Source of the DNA: Escherichia phage BAU.Micro_ELP-22
Direction: 5' to 3' (one strand)
Sequence record: OR699282.2
Length of the DNA stretch: 64,000 nucleotides
The translations under genes were made by a program, and so were the position numbers. Within the stretch, counting starts at the first letter, position 1. Each line of letters starts with the position of its first letter. The notes under the pieces are model-generated. The model was not told the origin of the DNA, searched no databases, and saw nothing but the letters and a program-made list of their open reading frames with translations. Below, in pieces: positions 10,877 to 19,891 of the stretch.

Positions 10877-12394
10877 ATGGATAATTTTTTCAGTACTGAA
10901 ACTACCACAGTTCCTAATGGATATGTATATACGTCACATACTGGTGCAAAATATGTATTTCTTGAAGGATTCTGGTTCAATGACAATAATATGTTAATGG
11001 TAGACCCTAGAAAATACCCATCCATGTACGCAAGTGCTCGACAACAGATTGTCGAGCACAATCTAGCTTCAAATGAATATAAGATTGGTAACAAATATAT
11101 TGTTGAAGGTAAAGAGTGTACATTTATTGGTGAAAACCGTTTCAATTCAAAAGATGGAATTCTATTAACTGAAAGTGAATTCATCACTGAATTAATGGCA
11201 GATGATCATCGAGTATATAATGTTTCTAAAGAAACACTACAAAAAGAATGGAATGCATTAAAATTTTACATTCTTCCACCATATGCTGATGATATATCAA
11301 TTCCAGCAGGTATGGAAGTAAGTGGTTTTAAATTTGTTCCAAAGAATCACCGTTTTGTTGATATGAAATCAGGCCGAGCAGTTGATCCAGCAATGACCCG
11401 TAAACTATCAGATGAAGGTATGCGTATTGCTCGTCAGTTAGCTTCTAAAAATAAACTAATTCCAATCAAATCAACCTTAGTACAAGGCAATACACGTTGT
11501 GAGTGGAATGGTAAAGAATTTTGTGATAATGATGGTAATGTAGTAATTCCAGAACAAAATGCACATGCAATTATTAATGCATATCAGCAATTTGTTAAGA
11601 ATAACCCAAGTGATTTTCCAACATTAACTGGTGAACAAGAACATAGTGAGCAACGTTTTGGTTCAGGTGAAAAGCCACAACAAGCTTCACAACCTGCTAA
11701 ACAGCCAGTATTTGCAACTAAAGAATCAATTAATGAAGCAGATGAAGAAATTGAAGAATTTGAAAGCATTACTGTTCCTGACGGTTATAGAATGACTTCT
11801 TCTAAAGGAAAAACATACGCTAAGAAAAATAACTTGTGGTATGATATCGAAAGTAAAAAGCAACTTAACACAAGTGCTTCTAAAAGTGTTGAACGAGCAG
11901 CACAGCGTGATATTTTCCGTCATAACAATTCCGGTGCTATGAAAATCGGTACAAAAGTTAAATCCAAACAAGGCAAAGAATATTCGTATGTTGGTGGTGA
12001 CAGATTCATTAGTGCTGATGGTAAGTTTATACCAAAAGCAACTGCTGCTAAATTACTTGCCAAATATGAACAAGATAAAGAAGTTAAAAGTGATGAAACA
12101 CCTGAAGTAGACTCTGGTACTGAGCAAATTCAATCAAAAGAAGAACCTAAGAAAGAACCAGAATCTGAACAAAAACCAGACGAAGTTTCTGAACCAGAAA
12201 CTAAATCTGAAACAATTGCTGGTGATGATGTACAATCATTAGCTTCTAAAATTAAAGAGTCACCTTATGCTAAAAAAATCACAGTACTACTAACTCGTGG
12301 TGATGAGGTTTCTCTACTTGCTGCTGACATTTTACTTTCAGGTAAAAAGGATGAAACAGTGCAAATTTTAAAATCATTAAATAATAATGATTGA
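10877..12394 (+). CDS. hypothetical protein with two tandem homologous domains
   Basis: TVPNGYVYTSHTGAKY... and TVPDGYRMTSSKGKTY... open two ~80-aa repeats; AAGGAG SD. Confidence 0.45.
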   Translation: MDNFFSTETTTVPNGYVYTSHTGAKYVFLEGFWFNDNNMLMVDPRKYPSMYASARQQIVEHNLASNEYKIGNKYIVEGKECTFIGENRFNSKDGILLTESEFITELMADDHRVYNVSKETLQKEWNALKFYILPPYADDISIPAGMEVSGFKFVPKNHRFVDMKSGRAVDPAMTRKLSDEGMRIARQLASKNKLIPIKSTLVQGNTRCEWNGKEFCDNDGNVVIPEQNAHAIINAYQQFVKNNPSDFPTLTGEQEHSEQRFGSGEKPQQASQPAKQPVFATKESINEADEEIEEFESITVPDGYRMTSSKGKTYAKKNNLWYDIESKKQLNTSASKSVERAAQRDIFRHNNSGAMKIGTKVKSKQGKEYSYVGGDRFISADGKFIPKATAAKLLAKYEQDKEVKSDETPEVDSGTEQIQSKEEPKKEPESEQKPDEVSEPETKSETIAGDDVQSLASKIKESPYAKKITVLLTRGDEVSLLAADILLSGKKDETVQILKSLNNND

Positions 12395-12416
12395 TAACTA
12401 AAAGGATTTATTTAAA

Positions 12417-13397
12417 ATGGCTAAAAAAATTAATGAAGCACAAGTTAAAATCGATATCGCAGGTTTAGAATCTGATGATTTGGAAACTCTATCACGTATG
12501 TTAGCTCTTGCTGGTCAAGCTGAACGTCAAGACCCAGTAGTTGCTGCTCCAGTACCATCTATGGGGTCTATGACTCCATCTCTTCCACCTATTGCTCCAC
12601 TAGATCTCGATTCTATTGGTGCTGAAGAAGAAATTGGTGGAATTGAAACTTCAGTTGAAGACCCACTAGCAGCGGCAGTTGATGATCTTTCCGCTGATGT
12701 TGGTGATTTTGGTGCTGACACAGATGAAGTTAGTATGGATGCTGAATTTTCAGAACCAGGTGTAGAAGGTGAAGAAGATTTTTCTCTTGACCTTAGTGGT
12801 CAACCTCAACTAGAATCAGTTGAAGAAGACGATGAGGAAGAAGAGGAAATTATTGAAGAAGAATTCGATTTTAGTCGTATGCTATCCCTTGCTGGTATTA
12901 ACGAAGAAGAAGACGAAGATTTTTCCGTAGAGGGTAATCCTGCTACCGATAAAGAAATGAAAGATACCCAATTTCTACCAGATCTAAGTATCTCTGAAGA
13001 TGAAGAACCATCTAACAGTACTGATTATGGTCCATATGAAACAGAAGCTGATGCCGTTCGTGATGGTCAACTAAAGACTAATGGTGTTGAAGGTGACCAT
13101 TTTGTTGTAATTGCAAAAGGCAATCAATTTTATTGGAGACGTGTTGTAGATGAAGATCTTGACAATCGTCCAGAACCTGAGTATTATGATAATGAAGGGA
13201 ACGAAAATCGTGTTCATAAATTTGAACCAAAATTCCCAGGCACTGCATTAGGAGATAACCCACTAAATGTTAATGAAAGTGAAGAAGATGATTCACCTGA
13301 AGGTAACATTGACTTGGAAGATGATTCTGATGAAGAAGTAGAAGATATTTTTGAAAGTCTCCAAGAAAAATACAAGAAATTTTTAGGAGACAAATAA
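12417..13397 (+). CDS. highly acidic low-complexity protein
   Basis: Long D/E runs (EEDDEEEEEIIEEEFDF); repeated SRMLxLAG motif. Confidence 0.45.
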   Translation: MAKKINEAQVKIDIAGLESDDLETLSRMLALAGQAERQDPVVAAPVPSMGSMTPSLPPIAPLDLDSIGAEEEIGGIETSVEDPLAAAVDDLSADVGDFGADTDEVSMDAEFSEPGVEGEEDFSLDLSGQPQLESVEEDDEEEEEIIEEEFDFSRMLSLAGINEEEDEDFSVEGNPATDKEMKDTQFLPDLSISEDEEPSNSTDYGPYETEADAVRDGQLKTNGVEGDHFVVIAKGNQFYWRRVVDEDLDNRPEPEYYDNEGNENRVHKFEPKFPGTALGDNPLNVNESEEDDSPEGNIDLEDDSDEEVEDIFESLQEKYKKFLGDK

Positions 13398-13398
13398 T

Positions 13399-13794
13399 AT
13401 GCAATATAATTATCGTGAACTAGTTGAAGCGTTAGACGAAATTACCGGAAGAGATGAAGACGAAAGTTTTTCAGTTGAAGTTGAATCCGATGTTGTAGCA
13501 GTTGATGTTCTTAAGGATATTACCAAATGTCTTATTGATATTGTTGATAAGATTAAATCTGGTGAAGACCAAAAAGAAATTGTAGATAAACTACAAAAAG
13601 CCTGTGACATTTTGTCTGACATTCGATATAATGATGAAAGTACTGAAGTTGCTGATGAAGAAGTGTTGGAAGCCATTGCAGGTTGTTTTGGAACTGAAGG
13701 TATGGGACCAACAATTGACAAAGAAGGCGTACAACACTATAATGAGCCTGGTGCACCATCTTATGCTGCACGTCAAGGTTTTGTTGGAGACTAA
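13399..13794 (+). CDS. hypothetical acidic protein
   Basis: ATG 2 bp after previous stop. Confidence 0.4.
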   Translation: MQYNYRELVEALDEITGRDEDESFSVEVESDVVAVDVLKDITKCLIDIVDKIKSGEDQKEIVDKLQKACDILSDIRYNDESTEVADEEVLEAIAGCFGTEGMGPTIDKEGVQHYNEPGAPSYAARQGFVGD

Positions 13795-13797
13795 TAT

Positions 13798-14178
13798 ATG
13801 TTTCCAGAACCATCACATAACAGTACTGAATATCAAAATAATGTACTTTCCAAAGTTAGGGAAGTACATGAATCAGATTCAGAAATAACAGACCGTATGC
13901 TTCTGATGTCAATTTTTGAAAATTTCAGAACTGGCGGTGGTTTACGTCTTAGCAAGTTTGGGTATGGAATTTGTAAAGAAAATAATCTTTATGAATTTAC
14001 AAAAATCCCCTTGCAAAGAGAATTTAAAAGTTCTATAATGTTTACATCACTTGACAGAATATGTACTTCACCTTATTATGTTGAAGGTCAGTACATATAT
14101 CTGACAGATGCAATGATAATAACTGAATTAACATTGTGTTGTGATGATTTTAAACAGTTATTTTCTATTCATATGTAA
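13798..14178 (+). CDS. hypothetical protein
   Basis: ATG start; no motif. Confidence 0.4.
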   Translation: MFPEPSHNSTEYQNNVLSKVREVHESDSEITDRMLLMSIFENFRTGGGLRLSKFGYGICKENNLYEFTKIPLQREFKSSIMFTSLDRICTSPYYVEGQYIYLTDAMIITELTLCCDDFKQLFSIHM

Positions 14179-14201
14179 GAAAAATGAATTAAAAATAAAT
14201 G

Positions 14202-14229
14202 TTGACAAGATAGAATGATGTGATACAAT
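14202..14229 (+). promoter_or_regulatory. sigma70-type promoter P1 (TTGACA, 16 nt, TGaTACAAT)
   Basis: -35 TTGACA 14202-14207; extended -10 at 14221-14229. Confidence 0.6.
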
Positions 14230-14295
14230 AAGCATCAGACATAAAGTTTTCAAGCGACACAAGATGTGAGTTTGAAAAAAAAAGAAAAAAAGTGA

Positions 14296-14323
14296 TTGAC
14301 AAGTTGAAACGATGTGATATAAT
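14296..14323 (+). promoter_or_regulatory. sigma70-type promoter P2 (TTGACA, 16 nt, TGaTATAAT), a tandem copy of P1
   Basis: -35 14296-14301; -10 TATAAT 14318-14323 with upstream TG; flanks align with P1 (GTTGACAAG...GATGTGATA). Confidence 0.65.
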
Positions 14324-14492
14324 GTTCACATCAAGACAGCAAAGAGATTTACCTTTTAAACACACGGATGATTCATGAAGTAACAAAGGAACTGATAAGT
14401 TAAATTATTTTAACACAGTTCCTTTACTTTTGCCCACGGATTGGCTATAATAGAAACTTAAACGATTTTATCCAACAAAAGGAAATATATAC

Positions 14493-15818
14493 ATGACTAC
14501 TCAAAACGATATCCTGAACGTTAAACTGACTCCAAAGAAAGCTAAAGAAGCAATGGCACTAGCTGACATGATTCAAGATAGCCTGATGATTTGGGGTAGC
14601 CCAGGTATCGGTAAGTCTGCAATCGCTCGTCAATACGCTGATGAAAATTACCCACTGCGTAAAGATAACGTAGCTAAAATCGAGTTCATGAAACAACAAA
14701 TCGAAGCTGACCCTGAAAATGCTGATCAGCTACGTCGTGAACTGGCTGCATTTGAAGCAAAACTAATCGACCAAGATACTAACTTTATCGATTTCCGTTT
14801 GTCTCAAATCGAACCAAGTGACCTTCGCGGTATTCCAGTACCAGAGAAGCTTTTCCGTAAAACTGACGGTTCTCTTCTGAAAGAATCTGAGCTTGCCGAA
14901 GCAAAAGATTATGTAGCTGAAACTGCGGTAGTATGGGCTGCACCTAAAGTTCTGAAATTGTCCGAAGATTGGAAAGGTGTTATTCTGTTTGACGAAATTA
15001 ACTCTGCAATGCCTATTGTTCAGGCAGCGTCTTATCAGCTAATCCTCGACCGTTGTGTTGGTGAGATGAAGCTACCTAAGACTGCACTGATTCTTGCAGC
15101 AGGTAACCGTGAAACTGATGGCGGTGTAACTTTCTCTCTTGCTACACCACTGCGTGACCGTATGACTCACATTGAGATGATTCCTTATCATCAAGATTGG
15201 ATTAACGATTATGCGATTGCAAAACGTTTGAACCCAGCAACTGTTGCGTTCATCAACAACACTGGTTCTAAGTACTTTAACACACTTAGTCCACAAGATC
15301 CTTCTCACAGTGGTGGTACTTCTCCACGTTCATGGGAAGCAGTAGCACGCTACGAAGATCTCAAGAAAACTAAGACAATTGATAAAGAAGTGTTCCGTGC
15401 AATGATTGCTGGTCGTGTTGGTGAAGGTGTTGCAACTGAATACATTGAGTACGTTGAGAACGTTGCTAAACTACCAGATACTATGTCTATTCTGTCTGGT
15501 GAAATCAAAGAAATCGACGCAACGCTGGATATTTCTGCGAACTACTTTATCACTCTGAACTTGGTTTATAAAATTATCGACCTGTTCAATGAGAAGCAAG
15601 AACAACGTCTACCAGTGGAAGAATGGGGTAAACTGTGTAACAACTTCATCACCTTCCTAGACCATAACTTCTCTGCAACTCAAGCAGAACTGGCAGTACT
15701 GGCAATTCGTACCATCACGCTTCATAAGGTTGCGATTTCCATTAAAGATGTACCAGCGTTTAAAGATTTCATCGCTAAGTACTCTGATCTTGTACGTAAA
15801 GCACGCTCTCTTGGCTAA
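14493..15818 (+). CDS. MoxR-family AAA+ ATPase
   Basis: Walker A GSPGIGKS (14595-14618); Walker B ILFDEINSA; MoxR-like blocks RLSQIEPSDLRGIP and ALILAAGNRETDGG. Confidence 0.8.
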   Translation: MTTQNDILNVKLTPKKAKEAMALADMIQDSLMIWGSPGIGKSAIARQYADENYPLRKDNVAKIEFMKQQIEADPENADQLRRELAAFEAKLIDQDTNFIDFRLSQIEPSDLRGIPVPEKLFRKTDGSLLKESELAEAKDYVAETAVVWAAPKVLKLSEDWKGVILFDEINSAMPIVQAASYQLILDRCVGEMKLPKTALILAAGNRETDGGVTFSLATPLRDRMTHIEMIPYHQDWINDYAIAKRLNPATVAFINNTGSKYFNTLSPQDPSHSGGTSPRSWEAVARYEDLKKTKTIDKEVFRAMIAGRVGEGVATEYIEYVENVAKLPDTMSILSGEIKEIDATLDISANYFITLNLVYKIIDLFNEKQEQRLPVEEWGKLCNNFITFLDHNFSATQAELAVLAIRTITLHKVAISIKDVPAFKDFIAKYSDLVRKARSLG

Positions 15819-15833
15819 TTAACAAAGAGTTGT

Positions 15834-15870
15834 TGACAAGAAGGATGCCTAATGGTATCCTTCTTTTATC
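15834..15870 (+). promoter_or_regulatory. intergenic TTGACA box overlapping a weak hairpin (possible internal promoter or attenuator)
   Basis: GTTGACAAG at 15833-15841; AAGGAT...ATCCTT stem then T-rich tract; -10 candidate TATCCT is weak. Confidence 0.3.
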
Positions 15871-15892
15871 TTAACTAAACGAGGAAATATAC

Positions 15893-17317
15893 ATGTCAGA
15901 TAACAAATCTACTTCAAGATTCAATGAAGTATCTCCGGCACTCCAGAAAGAATGTCAAGAACGTCTGGTTCTGGCTCGTACATCTTTGATGTTAACTGCA
16001 CCATTCTTTGGTGTACTCGCTTCACGTTTACGTCCAGTTCCTAATAATACATGGTGTCGTACTCTAGCAGTGGATGGTAAACATCTATTCTACAACGTAG
16101 AATTTGTAATGGGCATTCAAGACCCATCTAAAAAGAAAGAATATGAAGAAGCTATTCGTGAAAAGCACCCTGAAGTTACAGACGAACAATTAAAAGAAAT
16201 GACTGAAGGTTTGACTGATGAAAACCTTGTTGCTGTAATTTGTCATGAAATTCTACACTGTGCTTACGATCACTTCCTTCGTCGTGGTATGCGTGATCCG
16301 CAACGTTATAACCGTGCAGCGGATTATGCCATTAACCAAATCATCGTTCGTGAGAAAATTGGAAAAATCCAAAGTTCATGGTTGTATGATAAAAAATATG
16401 AAGGTATGACCGCAGAAGAGATTTACATTCTTCTTGAAGAAGAAGAACAAAAAGAAGATGGTGAAGGTGAAGGTCAACCACAAAGTGGTGGTGGCGAAGG
16501 TGAAGGTAAAAATCGCGGTACTTTTGGCGATATTAAAGATGGTAAGGGTAAACCAAAAGGTACTACCATTGACCAGCATGACGTTCCACAAGAAGGTCAA
16601 GAGGGTGGTTCAAGTGAACAGCAAAAACGTGATTACATGGATGATTTCAAAACAGCAATGATGAATGCTGCTCGTGCAGGTGGTACACCAGCAGAAATCG
16701 CTCGTATGATTAACAACTTTAAAGAACCAAAGATTGACTGGCGTTCAAAACTTCAACGTACACTTCGTAGTTGGTTGAAGTCTGATGCAACATATCAAAA
16801 TCCGAATCGTCGTTCTTGGGGTGCAGGTTTTGGTTCTAATGGTTCATTCTATGGTAATCCAATTTACCCAGGGATGAAACCAGATGATGATATTGATATT
16901 GCGATTGCACTAGATGCTTCTGGGTCTATTTCTGAAGATATGCTTCGTGATTTCATTAGTGAAGTTCTTGGCATCACTAAACAATTCAAACAGTTTAAGA
17001 TTCGTATCATGACTTTTGATACTGAAGTTTATACTGTAAAGGATTACAAAACTGGCGAAGAACGTAAGATTCTGGAATATCCAGTAAAAGGTGGTGGTGG
17101 TACTGACTTTGAAGCAGTATGGGTTCATATGAAGAACGACAACTACAAGCCTAAACAGCTTGTAATGTTTACTGATGGTGAACCGTGGCAGTCATGGGGT
17201 GATCCAAACTACTGTAAAACACTGTTCGTGATTCACAGTAACCCAAATAAAGTTGCACCATTTGGTGAGACTGTACACTACGAATATGAAGCTGATAAAA
17301 AGCGTCAACGTAGTTAA
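15893..17317 (+). CDS. VWA-domain protein with an N-terminal HExxH (metallopeptidase-like) domain
   Basis: HEILHCAYDH in the N-terminal half; complete MIDAS in the C-terminal half (DASGS ... GGGTD ... FTDGEP). Confidence 0.75.
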   Translation: MSDNKSTSRFNEVSPALQKECQERLVLARTSLMLTAPFFGVLASRLRPVPNNTWCRTLAVDGKHLFYNVEFVMGIQDPSKKKEYEEAIREKHPEVTDEQLKEMTEGLTDENLVAVICHEILHCAYDHFLRRGMRDPQRYNRAADYAINQIIVREKIGKIQSSWLYDKKYEGMTAEEIYILLEEEEQKEDGEGEGQPQSGGGEGEGKNRGTFGDIKDGKGKPKGTTIDQHDVPQEGQEGGSSEQQKRDYMDDFKTAMMNAARAGGTPAEIARMINNFKEPKIDWRSKLQRTLRSWLKSDATYQNPNRRSWGAGFGSNGSFYGNPIYPGMKPDDDIDIAIALDASGSISEDMLRDFISEVLGITKQFKQFKIRIMTFDTEVYTVKDYKTGEERKILEYPVKGGGGTDFEAVWVHMKNDNYKPKQLVMFTDGEPWQSWGDPNYCKTLFVIHSNPNKVAPFGETVHYEYEADKKRQRS

Positions 17318-17329
17318 GTACTAAATAAT

Positions 17330-17360
17330 GAGAACGGAATTTTCCGTTCTCTTCTTTTAT
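17330..17360 (+). terminator. rho-independent terminator
   Basis: GAGAACGG-aatt-CCGTTCTC stem followed by TTCTTTTAT. Confidence 0.65.
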
Positions 17361-17362
17361 AA

Positions 17363-17392
17363 GTGGGACAACTTATAAAAATATGATATAAT
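17363..17392 (+). promoter_or_regulatory. sigma70-type promoter (GTGGGACAA, 16 nt, TGaTATAAT)
   Basis: -35-like GGGACA 17365-17370; TG 17384-17385; TATAAT 17387-17392; same architecture at 63127-63154. Confidence 0.5.
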
Positions 17393-17411
17393 AGTTAATG
17401 TACCAATATAC

Positions 17412-17672
17412 ATGGAGAGTATTAAAATGGAACAAGAAAATAATCAAATTCAACTAACCCTTCTAGACCTAATCAATGCTGCAAAAATCATGGAAGCTGC
17501 TGTTGCACGAAACACCTTTAAAGTTGAAGAACTTGTCGAGGTTGCTCCAGTTGTATCTAAATTTGTTTCTTTTGCAAATGTCGCTCTTGAAGATATTAAA
17601 GCACAAGAAGATGCAGCTAAAGAAGAAGCTGAATCACAAGATAGTGAAACTCAAGAAGATAAAGGAGAATAA
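17412..17672 (+). CDS. small acidic hypothetical protein
   Basis: ORF from ATG 17412; the ATG at 17427 has a GGAG SD 9 nt upstream and may be the real start. Confidence 0.4.
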   Translation: MESIKMEQENNQIQLTLLDLINAAKIMEAAVARNTFKVEELVEVAPVVSKFVSFANVALEDIKAQEDAAKEEAESQDSETQEDKGE

Positions 17673-17674
17673 TT

Positions 17675-18331
17675 ATGGCAGCTATTCGTCATGTTGGTGT
17701 AATGCGTAATACAGGTTCTCGTGTTTTTGTTGTTTGGCGTTCACTACCAGATGATCCTGAACACTGCCTTATCGTTTATCGTGATTCACTACCAGAAGCA
17801 TATGTTCACGCAGTAACTGATATTGTTATGGGTCATGGTCAATCTAATATTGATTTGTGGGAAGTAATGCATAAAATTGGTTATCTCGATGGACGCAAAA
17901 TGCTAGATGTTCTACACAACATGCAGCATCTACGTCGCGTTCGTACTTGTGACATTGATATGCACACTGGTGGTAATAATAAAATTTCTCTTGATGTTCT
18001 AAACAAAGCATTAGATGAGAATCAAGCGAAAGTACAAGAAGATGGTAAAGTAAAAGACTTTAACCCATTCAATCCACAAGAAGCAGACACTAAAGTAGAA
18101 GAAGCTACTATTGTAGAAAAACTTCTCTCTGATGCACAAAAATTTGAACAACTGGCTAAAGAACATTATGAACGTGCATACAATTTAGAGCCAAGCTTGC
18201 GTCCGCAAACACAAGTTGTTGAACAACCGAAAGATAGTAAAACAATTTATCTAGAAATTCCAGAAGGTATTTCACAGACTAAAGCTATTGAGAAAGTAAA
18301 ACAACTATTTGCAGAACGTAAAGCAAAATAA
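17675..18331 (+). CDS. hypothetical protein
   Basis: ATG 3 bp after previous stop. Confidence 0.4.
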   Translation: MAAIRHVGVMRNTGSRVFVVWRSLPDDPEHCLIVYRDSLPEAYVHAVTDIVMGHGQSNIDLWEVMHKIGYLDGRKMLDVLHNMQHLRRVRTCDIDMHTGGNNKISLDVLNKALDENQAKVQEDGKVKDFNPFNPQEADTKVEEATIVEKLLSDAQKFEQLAKEHYERAYNLEPSLRPQTQVVEQPKDSKTIYLEIPEGISQTKAIEKVKQLFAERKAK

Positions 18332-18334
18332 AAT

Positions 18335-18928
18335 ATGAAAAAGAATGAATTAGATGAAGCAATTAAAGGTTTATCTAATGTATGTTTTAGTGGCGGGGCA
18401 GCAGGTGCTGACCGCCTTTTTTCTATCTATGCAAAAAATAATGGATTTGAAGTTATTAATTTTTCATTCAAAGGTCATGAGCATAGTGTAGATGAAAGTA
18501 CTATATTAGAAATACCATCCAATATTCTATCTGATATTTCTATATTAAATCAACTAAACATTGCATGTTACTCGTTGCAGCGAAAAGTGCCAAAGCCTGG
18601 TTCTTATGTTTACAACTTACTTGCAAGGAATAGTTATCAGATACTTAATACAGAAAGAATATATTGTATTGCAAATATCACATCACCAACTAAGGTAAGT
18701 GGTGGTACTGCATGGGCAGTACAGATGTATATGGATTCAGTTGAAAATCCTGAAATTTATTGTTATGATATGAATTCACGTTCAGTATTTTATTTCGATA
18801 CAGTACTGAAAGAGTTCACACAAACATTCGTCGTTCCAGCACCACATGGTAACTGGACTGGTATTGGTTCACGCAATGCCACAGAAAAACATATGGAACA
18901 TTTTATTACATTTTTCAAGGAAGAATAA
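18335..18928 (+). CDS. Rossmann-like protein with GGAxGxD motif (SLOG/DprA/YpsA-like)
   Basis: N-terminal FSGGAAGADRLF; stop overlaps the thymidylate synthase start. Confidence 0.4.
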   Translation: MKKNELDEAIKGLSNVCFSGGAAGADRLFSIYAKNNGFEVINFSFKGHEHSVDESTILEIPSNILSDISILNQLNIACYSLQRKVPKPGSYVYNLLARNSYQILNTERIYCIANITSPTKVSGGTAWAVQMYMDSVENPEIYCYDMNSRSVFYFDTVLKEFTQTFVVPAPHGNWTGIGSRNATEKHMEHFITFFKEE

Positions 18929-19857
18929 TGAAACAACTACAAGAACTATATCAAAAAATTCTAGATGAAGGCGTAGAAAGCGTTGACCGTACTGGTGTTG
19001 GAACAATCAAACTTATCGGTCAACAAATGCGTTTTGACCTTAAAGATGGTTTCCCAGCAGTGACGACAAAACGTCTAGCTTGGAAAGCAATGACTTCAGA
19101 ATTACTATGGTTTATTGAAGGTTCCCATGATGAGCGTCGCCTTTGTGAAATTTTGCATGGAACTCGTGATACAGAAAAGAAAACTATTTGGACAGATAAT
19201 TACCTAAATCAAGGCGTTGCTCTTGGTTATACTGATGGTGAGTTAGGTCCAGTGTATGGTAAGCAATGGCGTGAATGGGAAGATTATAAATTTAGTTCCA
19301 GTACTGAAGAAATTCAAGAATTAAAAGATAAAGGATACAAAGTTATCGATTATACTGGTTCACATGGTGTTGTTATGAAACGTACAACTGACCAATTACA
19401 GGAACTAATCAATGGTATAAATTCCGATCCATATGGTCGTCGCCATATTCTAAGTGCATGGAACGTTGGTGAGCTTGATGATATGACGTTGCCACCTTGT
19501 CATAGCTTTGTACAATTTTGTGTAGTACAAGGGAAACTAAGCTGCATTCTACATCAAAGATCCGCTGATCTATTTTTGGGAGTTCCATTTAATATCAGTA
19601 GTTATTCACTACTAACTCATATGATTGCACAAATTACGGGTTTAGATGTTGGTGAATTTATTTGGAATGGTGGTGATTGCCACATTTATAAAAACCACGT
19701 TGAACAAGTAAAAGAACAACTACAGAGAAAACCTCGTGAATTACCTGAATTATGGCTTGATCCTACAATTACTAATATTGAAGATTTCACAATGGATTCT
19801 TTCAAATTAATGAATTACAATCCAATGCCAACAATTAAAGCACCGATGGCTGTATAA
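18928..19857 (+). CDS. thyA: thymidylate synthase
   Basis: Hallmark blocks LGPVYGKQWREW, LPPCHSFVQF (catalytic Cys), QRSADLFLGVPFNISSYSLL, GDCHIYKNH; reading frame uninterrupted. Confidence 0.9.
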   Translation: MKQLQELYQKILDEGVESVDRTGVGTIKLIGQQMRFDLKDGFPAVTTKRLAWKAMTSELLWFIEGSHDERRLCEILHGTRDTEKKTIWTDNYLNQGVALGYTDGELGPVYGKQWREWEDYKFSSSTEEIQELKDKGYKVIDYTGSHGVVMKRTTDQLQELINGINSDPYGRRHILSAWNVGELDDMTLPPCHSFVQFCVVQGKLSCILHQRSADLFLGVPFNISSYSLLTHMIAQITGLDVGEFIWNGGDCHIYKNHVEQVKEQLQRKPRELPELWLDPTITNIEDFTMDSFKLMNYNPMPTIKAPMAV

Positions 19858-19864
19858 AAGAAAA

Positions 19865-19890
19865 GGGAGAACTGATGTTCTCCCTTTTTT
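19865..19890. terminator. bidirectional rho-independent terminator between convergent genes
   Basis: GGGAGAAC-tgat-GTTCTCCC flanked by AAAA upstream and TTTTTT downstream. Confidence 0.7.
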
Positions 19891-19891
19891 A

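Noticed and set aside
18928-19857. Group I intron or homing endonuclease in the thymidylate synthase gene
   Set aside because: The reading frame is continuous through all conserved blocks, with no inserted ORF or unalignable segment.
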